The position numbers were made by a program, and so were the translations under genes. Below are positions 28,061-36,495 of a stretch of DNA of 64,000 bases, in pieces; within the stretch, counting starts at the first letter, position 1; every line of letters starts with the position of its first letter. The DNA lies in the IMG/VR virus record IMGVR_UViG_3300022839_000011, positions 24,701 to 88,700 of that record. One strand, given 5' to 3'. This stretch comes from a virus. The notes beneath the pieces were generated by a model. The model had not been told where the DNA came from, searched no databases, and saw only the letters and a program-made list of their open reading frames with translations.

Positions 28061-28300
28061 CTATTTATCAGTGCTTGTGTAGCTAACCCGATACATACCT
28101 TCTGGTTTTTTTAGTGCTTCTTGTAATTCATAAAACATCTGATGTGACGTGGAAATAAATTCGTAACTATTCAATGTCTCACACCACTGTTTAAGCCAAA
28201 CACCATCATCATCTATTAACAATTCAACATCATCATGTTCTGCTGTTTCATCCATCAGAACTGTTACTGTCTCATCAAATTTAATTTCGTTTGTGAACAT
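28061..28300 (-). CDS. hypothetical protein
   Basis: SD AGGAG; PEG.Y C-terminus. Confidence 0.6.
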   Translation of the reverse strand: MFTNEIKFDETVTVLMDETAEHDDVELLIDDDGVWLKQWCETLNSYEFISTSHQMFYELQEALKKPEGMYRVSYTSTDK

Positions 28301-28634
28301 TCAAATTTCTCCTAAATTTTAAGCTTGATATCAAACCCATGAAAATTGGCCGCGCCTATACCCACCGTTTACACAAAAGGCATTATCTCTTATCATGCCG
28401 CGCGGCAACATGATCGTAGTTTGAAAACAATACTGGTTTATTCCCATTCACTTAATGGCTTAGTCAAACACTATCCACCAAACTACCATCCCCAACTATT
28501 GGGATGAGAACTCTAACTTTTGTTTTTCCCAAAATAAATTTTGACTGTCATAAATGGTGGTTTGTGAGGCAAACCACCATTGAATTGCTTTGGATTTACA
28601 TGCAGATACACATATCTGCATGTAAATCACTATA

Positions 28635-29051
28635 TCACTTTTCTAATTTAGACCAATTAACAAGAGTTTCTTTTGACACTTCGGGGGTAGATTTATCCCG
28701 ATATTTGTTTACCATTGCTACAACGCGAGGAACGACAAATTGAAAAAAATCATATTCGCTATCTTGCTTTCTTTTATGTTCTACTGTGGTGTATAGTACA
28801 CCTGCAATATATGCACGGGCAAGATAAGTTGCTCTGTTTTCTTGGCGAACATCTTTTCGACGATGCCTGTTTAACGAGTAGTATTTACTATACATAGGAT
28901 CTTCATATTGGTTATATTCAATATTAGAACCAGCCGCATTATGCTGCTCTATGTTCCAACGAAACTGTTTTAACAATTTTCTTTCTTCAAAGCGAATTAG
29001 CTGCGCTTCTACTGAAAGGTGCTTTGATTTAATTTTTAGTTCTATAGGCAT
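28635..29051 (-). CDS. basic hypothetical protein downstream of the amber/RSPP uORF
   Basis: ELKIKSKHL..E..IRFEE..HRR..VR.E.RATYLARAY..G..Y..VE. Confidence 0.75.
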   Translation of the reverse strand: MPIELKIKSKHLSVEAQLIRFEERKLLKQFRWNIEQHNAAGSNIEYNQYEDPMYSKYYSLNRHRRKDVRQENRATYLARAYIAGVLYTTVEHKRKQDSEYDFFQFVVPRVVAMVNKYRDKSTPEVSKETLVNWSKLEK

Positions 29052-29058
29052 TTTTAGT

Positions 29059-29146
29059 CTCCTATTTGATTGAATTTGATTTACTTTACTTTTTAGCCAA
29101 ATAGGTTACGGCGGCGATCTAATCTACAACATTTGCATCTCCTTTT
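29059..29146 (-). promoter_or_regulatory. putative translational attenuator: uORF M-L-UAG-I-R-S-P-P-UAA (29106-29132) plus anti-SD hairpin
   Basis: SD AAGGAG before the uORF; CCTATTTG (29098-29105) pairs with CAAATAGG (29061-29068), which overlaps the downstream SD. Confidence 0.6.
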
Positions 29147-29203
29147 GGTTGTCAAATTGCTATGTATAATGTATTTATCAGTATCCCTACCTTATTTTTA
29201 TAT

Positions 29204-29332
29204 TGGTAGGTTTGAGAGGAATCGAACCCCCAAAGTAAAATGCGCTGTCTTACCTTCGTAACTTAGTCACCAGACTTGAAACAAAAATTTGCTTTCTAGA
29301 AAAGCAAATTTTCTATCCGTTACGTCATACCT
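29204..29332 (-). ncRNA. tRNA-like RNA with enlarged D-region
   Basis: AGGTATG/CAAACCT-A-CCA acceptor, GGGGGTTCGATTCCTCT T-arm, non-canonical 129-nt body. Confidence 0.6.
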
Positions 29333-29360
29333 ATATTTACTATAACACAATTGTTATATT

Positions 29361-29445
29361 TGGTGCCCCCTCCCGGAATCGAACCGAGACTCCATAAGGA
29401 ACCGAATTTTAAGTCCGGAGCGTCTACCTGTTCCGCCAAGGGGGC
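29361..29445 (-). tRNA. tRNA-Leu(TAA)
   Basis: Full cloverleaf, long variable arm, encoded CCA. Confidence 0.95.
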
Positions 29446-29471
29446 ATATTACTAATTATTTATGGTGGCTA

Positions 29472-30227
29472 CTAGCGTTTTCGCTTGAAGCACCTATCTT
29501 CGTAAAAATCTTTCATATGGCGTTTCACCCATAAGTTAACTTTCGGAGGAGTAATTCCAATGATTTTTGAAACTTCTGAAACCCAGCCAAATTTGCTAAA
29601 ATCTATATCGCTGTTTTCTACAGCAAGTATAACTGAACGGTATTTAATGTCCGTTTTCATTCTATGCTTCACACCAGGTAAAAGCGGTTTTTTTGCTTCC
29701 TTAGCAATTACTCTTTTCCTTTGCGTTTCAAAATACTCAGAATAATCTGGTTGTTCGCCAAGTTCTATAAGTTTTAGTACGTTGTCAGGATAGAAACATT
29801 GTGAATAGTGTATTTCCAATATTTTCCAACCTGCGCCTTCTATTTTATTGTGCCTCTCTTGATAATAATCACGCAGTGACCAATCGGAATTGTAATGCTG
29901 ATTTCCGTTTATTTCAATACCAAGTTTAATGTCAGGAAAGGCGATGTCTATGGAATAACTCATATCATCTAACGGAATCCACTCCTCAACAAATGATATG
30001 TTATTTGCTCTTAAAGCTTCCTTAATTTTTTCGCATGGCACTGAAACAAATTTGTCTCTTTGACGCCAAGGATGTTTGTCAGGGTTTTTCTTTAGGAACT
30101 TCTTTCGCGATTCTGATATTTTTTGCTTGGTTTCAGGTGAAACAATTTTCGCACACTTTATTGAACAGTATCTGCTTCTTCTTTCAGAAAATTCTGTATG
30201 GCATCTTAAACAATTTTTTGTTTTCAT
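29472..30227 (-). mobile_element. putative homing endonuclease (Vsr/DUF559-like PD-(D/E)XK domain with NUMOD-like N-terminus)
   Basis: YCSIKC, ETKQKISESRK, IDIAF..GIEING.QHY..GWKILEI; in tRNA cluster. Confidence 0.75.
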
Positions 30228-30273
30228 TCGAACCTCTGTTTGTATTATTTATATAAACGGGGGTTCGAATGAA
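30223..30273 (-). promoter_or_regulatory. start-codon-sequestering hairpin with a late promoter (30246-30253) at its apex
   Basis: TTCATTCGAACC/GGTTCGAATGAA inverted repeat covers the SD and ATG; TATAAATA inside. Confidence 0.8.
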
Positions 30274-30289
30274 ACGTGTATTTTAATTT

Positions 30290-30368
30290 TGGCGCACCCG
30301 GAGGGACTCGAACCCCCATCGATCCAATTACGGTACTACCGCTTAGAAGGCGGTTCCGATACGGGTGC
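30290..30368 (-). tRNA. atypical tRNA-Arg(TCT) with displaced D-arm
   Basis: GCACCCG/CGGGTGC-G-CCA; ACCGC-CTTCTAA-GCGGT; canonical T-arm; only 7 nt between acceptor and anticodon stems. Confidence 0.75.
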
Positions 30369-30377
30369 AGCAGAATT

Positions 30378-30416
30378 AAAAAAGTCCATTGCTCTATCCA
30401 ACTGAGCTAAGGTGCC
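30378..30416 (-). pseudogene. orphan tRNA 5' half, broken at the anticodon
   Basis: GGCACCTTAGCTCAGTTGGATAGAGCAATGGACTT; no 3' half follows. Confidence 0.7.
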
Positions 30417-30492
30417 ATCAAAATTAGTCAACTTAGACATTGTTCCTGATACAGATGTATCAAAATATTAGATATAATGGTAGAAGTCTTTG

Positions 30493-30576
30493 TGGAGGAG
30501 GTCGGACTTGAACCGACAGTGCTGTTAAGCGTTCCGTTATGAGCGGAAAGGGGATAACCAATTTTCCTACTCTTCC
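30493..30576 (-). tRNA. atypical tRNA(CAT) with long variable arm and no encoded CCA
   Basis: TTCCG-CTCATAA-CGGAA; GTCGGTTCAAGTCCGAC; flanks form an extended inverted repeat. Confidence 0.75.
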
Positions 30577-30999
30577 ACAAAGACTTCTATTCACCCATTA
30601 AAATTTAGCTACATGTTGGTTTTGCGCCAACCCCACCTTGTTCTAAAACTACTTATGATTACGGTGTTTATTCCAGTACATCAAATAAACACTATCTTAT
30701 CACTTTCGCCCAAGGTATATGCACTATTACACTTTTGTAGCTATATCAATCATGGTTTATTGGTTCGTCGCCATACATGATCTATATTGTTATCTTAGTC
30801 TATTTCTTTTCTGTTGTCAACTCTTTTATTTTAGAAGCTGGAAATTATTTTTGAAACTGCAATCGGCCCGTATATCACTACAATTGGTGTAATCATTAAA
30901 ACAAGAAGGCAACGAATCATAGGGAAGTTTCCGTATTTGTTTTTCATTTTGTTCTCCTTATGAAGTGACATTACAACATCACTTCACCATTGTAAAGAC

Positions 31000-31227
31000 T
31001 TATTTCCACTTTTTAGAAAGAGCAACAAATCCGCGACCTTTACCAGACAATTCATACACAATGGCTGGGCGACCGCGCGTATCAGACTTTACAGGTACTT
31101 GGACAAGCAGACCGCGACTTGCGAGTTTCAATTTCTGATAGCGGGACAGTTTAGAATCACAAAAGTTGGAAAGAATCGTAGCAACAAGCTTGTTATTTTC
31201 AGCAAGAGTTTTGGGACCGCGTTTCAT
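31000..31227 (-). CDS. small winged-helix-like basic protein
   Basis: RGRPAIVYELSGKG; promoter TTGACA-17-TATATT at 31259-31287. Confidence 0.6.
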   Translation of the reverse strand: MKRGPKTLAENNKLVATILSNFCDSKLSRYQKLKLASRGLLVQVPVKSDTRGRPAIVYELSGKGRGFVALSKKWK

Positions 31228-31580
31228 TTTAATCTCCTTTGTTTCTGTCTATGCTTTTAATATAGTAGAAGATTAAGATGTTGTCAACACATTTTTTCAA
31301 TTATCTAGCAAATGAAACAATTCTCTTCCGATTTTTTCAAAAAACTCAGTATCTTTTGTCTGCTCTTTGATCTCAAAAGGAATTCGCAAAGTTACTTCCA
31401 GCTCTGCACCGAAAGTTTCTGGATTGTGTGTTCTTTTAGCACTTACAAGTTTCATTTGTGTTTGCCTCTCTTTCTAAAATAGTGGTAACTTCCAACACCT
31501 TTTTGTGTTTTCGCCCACAATAATTTTGATGGCATAAAGCCAATATAATCACAATCTTTAAGGCTATCGAACAATTCTAT

Positions 31581-31671
31581 TGGTGTTCAGCGGGGGAATT
31601 GAACCCCACTTGGATTGTGCATCATGACGCCTGTGTTAATGCAAACCAGTTAAACCTAACCAATGCTGAAC
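31581..31671 (-). ncRNA. tRNA-like RNA (acceptor stem plus T-arm only)
   Basis: GTTCAGC/GCTGAAC-A-CCA; GGGGTTCAATTCCCC; non-cloverleaf middle. Confidence 0.65.
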
Positions 31672-31844
31672 GTATCTTTGTCAGGTATTTCGGGCCTGAC
31701 ACCCTAGACTGTTACTTACAACAGCCTACCAGTGGCCTCTTTTCTTTTAGATATGCTGCTACTAATAAAATGCGACTTTTACCACATATCTTATCCAATA
31801 CTTCACTGGACCTTTACAGGAGGACAATGGACAGTCCTTTGATT

Positions 31845-31942
31845 TGGAGCCGATTTTAGGAATTGCACCTATTGGAATATATCTGTACACACAAACATAT
31901 TTCTTATTGATTCATACCGTAAACTGAACGGACTTAATCAGC
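31845..31942 (-). ncRNA. tRNA-like RNA (acceptor stem plus T-arm only)
   Basis: GCTGATT/AATCGGC-T-CCA; TAGG-TGCAATT-CCTA. Confidence 0.55.
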
Positions 31943-31948
31943 GTATTA

Positions 31949-32025
31949 TGGTTGCGGGAGTAGGATTTGAACCTACGACCTTCAGCTTATGAGGCTGACG
32001 AGCTACCAGACTGCACTATCCCGCA
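31949..32025 (-). tRNA. tRNA-Met(CAT), initiator-like
   Basis: TGCGGGA/TCCCGCA-A-CCA; CTCATAA loop. Confidence 0.9.
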
Positions 32026-32447
32026 ATGATACATATAAAATAGCGTTTGTATAGTTATTTATACACTAATTATAATAGTTTGTCAATAGTTAATTTGTAG
32101 CAGGCTGCACACATTATCATTAAGGTGCGCTTCGAGATTTAACGCTGATTTAAATCAGCCGCACCGCCGTTTGCTGTCTATGGGATTAGACGCTACAAAT
32201 TAACTAACTGTATGGCTTAACCGTCATAGTCGATACACCGTTATTGTTGGTGTATGATTCTCCTAGTTATGATAGCAACACCTTCGACTTGCCTACAGTC
32301 GAAGGTGTTGGATATGTTAAAGTGTTTTCTTCACCAGACCGATTTTAAATCCTATAAACAGAACGATCCATTTTCTGCGTTTACTCCTCGTGATGCGCTT
32401 CACTGCAAAGGCATTAGCAGGATAGGCGTGAGGGGGCATATTAATTT

Positions 32448-32523
32448 TGGTGGAGTATATCGGACTCGAACCGATCACATCTACGTTGCAAACATAGCGC
32501 TCTCCCAGATGAGCTAATACCCC
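32448..32523 (-). tRNA. tRNA-Ala(TGC)
   Basis: Cloverleaf, G3-U70 pair, CCA. Confidence 0.95.
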
Positions 32524-32541
32524 ATTATTATCTACTATTTA

Positions 32542-32618
32542 TGGCAGGAGCAGCGGGAATTGAACCCGCGTCGCAAGGTTTTGGAGACCCGCATTTTTCC
32601 AATTAGTACCACACCCCT
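32542..32618 (-). tRNA. tRNA-Trp(CCA)
   Basis: CTCCAAA loop, G73, CCA; weak D-stem. Confidence 0.85.
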
Positions 32619-32703
32619 GTATTTATATTCTTATTATCAATCGGTCAAACCACAAAGACATTAGTAGAATATGCGTAAGGGGCTCATGTCGTATCTTAAT
32701 TTT

Positions 32704-32778
32704 TGGTGCTGATGGAGAGAATCGAACTCCCAATCTACTGATTACAAATCAGTTGCCTTACCATTCGGCCACATCAGC
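32704..32778 (-). tRNA. tRNA-Thr(TGT)
   Basis: Cloverleaf, CCA. Confidence 0.95.
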
Positions 32779-32900
32779 GTGTTAGTTTAAATGGCGCCTC
32801 CAAGTTACCGTCTAGGTATACAAGCAATACATGGTAGCTAATCCACAATGCGTTCCATTGATTTTAAGGCCAATATGTCTCGAATAACTCAGATATTGTT

Positions 32901-32955
32901 TAGAGCGGCATATGGGAATCTAATCCGTTTCTTTGGTTTGAAAAACCAATGCCGC
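32901..32955 (-). pseudogene. degenerate D-armless tRNA-like remnant
   Basis: GCGGCAT/ATGCCGC stem, TTGGTTT-TTC-AAACCAA arm, degenerate T-loop. Confidence 0.35.
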
Positions 32956-33071
32956 AAACTGTCTAGAGAGGGACCAATTGTCTCTAGCAGGTAGGAATTG
33001 CATAATCGCATCAACGAGTTGGGTCAAGCTCTCCGCATATGATTAGTGGTAATTCCTACAATTTTTTGAAG

Positions 33072-33281
33072 TTATTTTGTAAAATAACTTCGCCTTGAAC
33101 CGTTACCAAGAATTTCATCTGTATTCAGATACCGAAATCCTGCATAGTTATTAGTATCCATCAAAACATACTCAATCATTGCACATACCGCTTCGCGCCC
33201 ATCCGCAGTGCTATCTTTTGCAGACAGTGCAGCATTAGCAGCATTCAATAACTTACCGACTTCAATTGTCTTGCGTTTCAT
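33072..33281 (-). CDS. early hypothetical protein
   Basis: SD and promoter; E.VL..TNNYAGFRYL. Confidence 0.6.
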   Translation of the reverse strand: MKRKTIEVGKLLNAANAALSAKDSTADGREAVCAMIEYVLMDTNNYAGFRYLNTDEILGNGSRRSYFTK

Positions 33282-33350
33282 GTCATATTTCCTTTAGGTT
33301 TTATGCAACTTACAATTACATTAAACGAAGTTCTTAGTGTTGTCAACATC

Positions 33351-34037
33351 TTATTTAATTTCTGGAAAAAGACATTCTTGTATAAATGTTTTCACATCTT
33401 CTTCGGACAATCCCAAACTAACCATTGTTTTAGGTGTATGTGGGTTTTGCTTCTGATAATAGGCGTAGCGATTTTGTGCTTCTTGCACCGAAATTGTATC
33501 AGATGTATCGTTAGTTTTTCCTATACCCAAAAGATATTTATCTATGCTTTTGTAACTGACTTCTACAATCTGATCAATCTCTTCTGTATTATTTACATTA
33601 CCTGCTGCAATCATATGGGGGCTAAAAATAGCTTTTGCCCAATCTGGTAGATCGCGTTTCTTTCGCCATTCTAAACTATCAACTTCTTCACCAAAATTGA
33701 CAATCATTTCATGTTCAGTATCTACGCTTGCAGAATAATCATGAAAAAATCCAGTAATTTTATTTTTGCCTGCAATTACATCAAGACCGAAAATGGGGCC
33801 ATTATTGTGTAGGTGTGGAAATATGCAACAATGCATCATCCAAAGACCTTTTGTATCTCTAACATCTACTACATCAACGTGTGCGCGACGATAGTTTTCG
33901 CTGATCCATACTCTATTGACCCAGTTTGGTTTATTAAACTGCGCCATGCCTTTTTCAAATACTTCATGTCCATCAGATTCAAATCTTTGAACTAACCTAT
34001 CTTGAATACCGACAAGTGCATCCCAAACTTGACTCAT
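33351..34037 (-). CDS. pcyX: ferredoxin-dependent bilin reductase, PcyX/PcyA-like
   Basis: RRAHVDVVD..LWMMHCCIFP..PIFGLDVIAG..FHDYS..LPDWA.IFS..Q..Y..QKQNPHT. Confidence 0.88.
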   Translation of the reverse strand: MSQVWDALVGIQDRLVQRFESDGHEVFEKGMAQFNKPNWVNRVWISENYRRAHVDVVDVRDTKGLWMMHCCIFPHLHNNGPIFGLDVIAGKNKITGFFHDYSASVDTEHEMIVNFGEEVDSLEWRKKRDLPDWAKAIFSPHMIAAGNVNNTEEIDQIVEVSYKSIDKYLLGIGKTNDTSDTISVQEAQNRYAYYQKQNPHTPKTMVSLGLSEEDVKTFIQECLFPEIK

Positions 34038-34073
34038 AAGAAACTCCTAAATTTTAATACTAATAAGTAATAA

Positions 34074-34150
34074 TGGTAGGCCAGGTAGGACTTGAACCTA
34101 CAACCTCTCCCTTATGAGGGGATTGCTCAAACCAATTGAGCTACTGGCCC
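34074..34150 (-). tRNA. tRNA(CAT), probably Ile2
   Basis: GGGCCAG acceptor, CTCATAA loop, CCA. Confidence 0.9.
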
Positions 34151-34227
34151 ACGATTATTACTTCTTAATACAATGTACCATGTTAAACTTTTCGTGTCAA
34201 CATGTATTACCGAATTTTATTGTATTT

Positions 34228-34319
34228 TGGCGGAAATAGTGGGATTCGAACCCACGGGGGGCTTTCACCCCCTCTCGCTTTCAAGGCGAGTGCAATAAGC
34301 CAGACTCTACCATATTTCC
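34228..34319 (-). tRNA. tRNA-Ser(TGA)
   Basis: Long variable arm, G73, CCA. Confidence 0.93.
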
Positions 34320-34320
34320 T

Positions 34321-34980
34321 TTATGATACGTATACCTTATCACAATCATAAACAATTTCGCATATTCTTCTGCATTTACCAATGTCCAGCAAGTTATTAG
34401 TTCTAATACTTGATTCCATATCAATCCAATAGTTTTGATTTTTCATAGCATCACTACTAATTAATTCCTTGACATTATTTTCAGAAATTCCACCTGCATA
34501 TCCAACTAATTTGTCACCTGATGAATTAGAAGTTGGCCATGCATTAGGATGAATTCCTCTACCACCTGATGGGTCATAAAGCAAGTCACCAAAATCACTA
34601 TATGGTGACTCAAAAGTTGTGGGGTCTCGATGTTGAATTGCAAGGTCATAATAATAATGAAGATTACGCAAGGCATCTTTGTTGTAATTCTTAGCAATCG
34701 CATTTATCTGTACCCTATCAAACAAATGACAAATACTAGGCATTTCCGAAGTTAGTAAAGTAGATATTGATATAGATCCGCAAAGGTGAATTGACATCGA
34801 ACCTAACGCTTTGCGCGCGTAATTTATGAAGTCAAATGAAGGATACCTCGGATTATTCTTGGGATTTTCACTACATAAAATTCCCCATTCAATAGGATAC
34901 TCTTTTTGTAATGTATAAGCCTCGTACAAGTTTGTATGTTCATCAATTCCAGTAAAAGTAATAAATTTGGGTTTAGACAT
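34321..34980 (-). CDS. TrpF-like TIM-barrel protein
   Basis: ITFTGID, IEWGIL, DPSGGRG, GYAGGI, WIDMESS. Confidence 0.7.
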   Translation of the reverse strand: MSKPKFITFTGIDEHTNLYEAYTLQKEYPIEWGILCSENPKNNPRYPSFDFINYARKALGSMSIHLCGSISISTLLTSEMPSICHLFDRVQINAIAKNYNKDALRNLHYYYDLAIQHRDPTTFESPYSDFGDLLYDPSGGRGIHPNAWPTSNSSGDKLVGYAGGISENNVKELISSDAMKNQNYWIDMESSIRTNNLLDIGKCRRICEIVYDCDKVYVS

Positions 34981-35305
34981 ATTTCACCTATGTTTTGTGG
35001 TTATTTAGTGAATAAGTATCCTATGCAGGTCGCTAATCTGCTTACCTTTCGGCCCTTTGGGTATCCCCGATGTATCATTCCGCAGTCATTGAAACCCCGT
35101 TCCCTGTTGCTGCTTCATAGCTTATACTAATAGGATATTCTTTAGGTACTTTTTATGTGTTACCCTTAATGCAAAGCCTGAGAAAGCATTTAACGGTTTT
35201 ACCAGCATCTTTTCTGGGCATAAAGTAAGTGTCTCTGATACAAATACACCACATAAAATTGGTGGGTAGGGTTGGATTTGAACCAACGAGGGGCTTTCAC
35301 AATCT

Positions 35306-35393
35306 TATAAATAGTATTGTAACTCGCGGTGACATCCACGAAACCCAGTTACTCTAGAAACATAGAGGAGTTCCAGCATATGACTATTTATAG
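35306..35393 (+). promoter_or_regulatory. late promoter, structured leader and opposing late promoter of the HNH cassette
   Basis: TATAAATA (+) at 35306-35313; GTAACT/AGTTAC stem; TCTA/TAGA hairpin over GAGGAG; TATAAATA (-) at 35386-35393. Confidence 0.65.
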
Positions 35394-36390
35394 CAAATTT
35401 GTATACCCAGAAAAGTTAGTTTCACCTGACAATGGTTACATTTGTAGAAGAATAACTAAGCAAAATATTAAAAATTTTGGTTTTTCTTCTGTAGATGAAT
35501 TAAGATTAAAATATCCAGATTTTCCTCTATCTTGTTCTGATTTTAATATTAAGAATTCAGAAGCAATTAAAAGAGGGATCAAAGATACAAATCTTGAAAA
35601 ATCAAAGAGATTTGAAAAAACAAGACAATCAAGAGAACTAAAATATTTTGAAAATCCAAACATTTGCGACAGATGTAGTAACATCAAAGATTACAAAAGA
35701 AGAAATAATATGTTCTGTTCTAAATCGTGTGCCAATCGCCAAGAACATCGCTCTTCTACTAAATTGTCTATATCTAATGCTTTAAGATTACATTTTTCTA
35801 CTATATGTGATGTGAATTTCAGAGAATGCAACAAGTGCAAAAAACTATTTACCAGTTCCACAACTTTGAAGAATAACAAAACAAGTTTGTGTAAAGTGTG
35901 CATTAGTAAACTCAAAAAATACAATCCAAAAATATTATATTTAGGCGAGTATACCAAGGTAAAACCTTGTCTTAAATGTGGAAATTATACTAAAAATTAT
36001 TGTGGTAGACACTGCAACAATTGTATATCAACCCTATCAGAATACAGGAACCGTGCATCTTTTACTTTTAATGTTTTTGATTACCCTAGCGAATTTGATC
36101 TTGGTCTGATAGAATTATACGGATTTTATTCACCTAATGGATATAAGAGAAGGAATAAAACGCCAAACCATAATGGAGTTTCTAGAGATCACATGATTTC
36201 TGTGTCATTTGCATTTAAAACCAATGTTGATCCAGATTTAATTTCACACCCAGCAAATTGCAGAATAATGAAACACAACGGAGTTGATGGTAATAATTCC
36301 AAGAAAGGAAATTCATCAATAACACTTGATGAATTGCTATTAAGAATAAGTGAATGGAATAATAAATACGGTGTTGATACTAAAATGTAG
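35380..36390 (+). mobile_element. HNH homing endonuclease with multiple CxxC Zn ribbons
   Basis: SRDHMISV..HPANCRIM....NSKKG; FCSKSCAN; ATG 35380. Confidence 0.85.
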
Positions 36391-36495
36391 TCTCCCGCCA
36401 TCGACCACTCGGCCACCTACCCATTTCGTCAAGAACAATATTATAAACGTAGTTTTATTGTCATTACTACACGTTTCATAATCTTGTTCTCTGTG

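Larger units (their letters stand above)
35260..36422 (-). pseudogene. tRNA (Tyr-like) split into 5' (36389-36422) and 3' (35260-35300) halves by an antisense HNH cassette
   Basis: GGGTAGG pairs with CCTACCC-A-CCA 1.1 kb away; anticodon and 3' anticodon strand missing. Confidence 0.85.

Noticed and set aside
32410-32447. HDV-like (theta) ribozyme after tRNA-Ala
   Set aside because: I could not build the P1/P2/P3/P1.1 double pseudoknot by eye.
32790-32890. Second tRNA-Leu(TAA)
   Set aside because: Only an anticodon-arm-like fragment is present, with no T-arm or acceptor pairing.
35301-36388. Group I intron in the tRNA anticodon loop
   Set aside because: The insert is almost entirely an antisense ORF, no ribozyme core is visible, and about 15 nt of the tRNA are missing, so splicing could not restore it.
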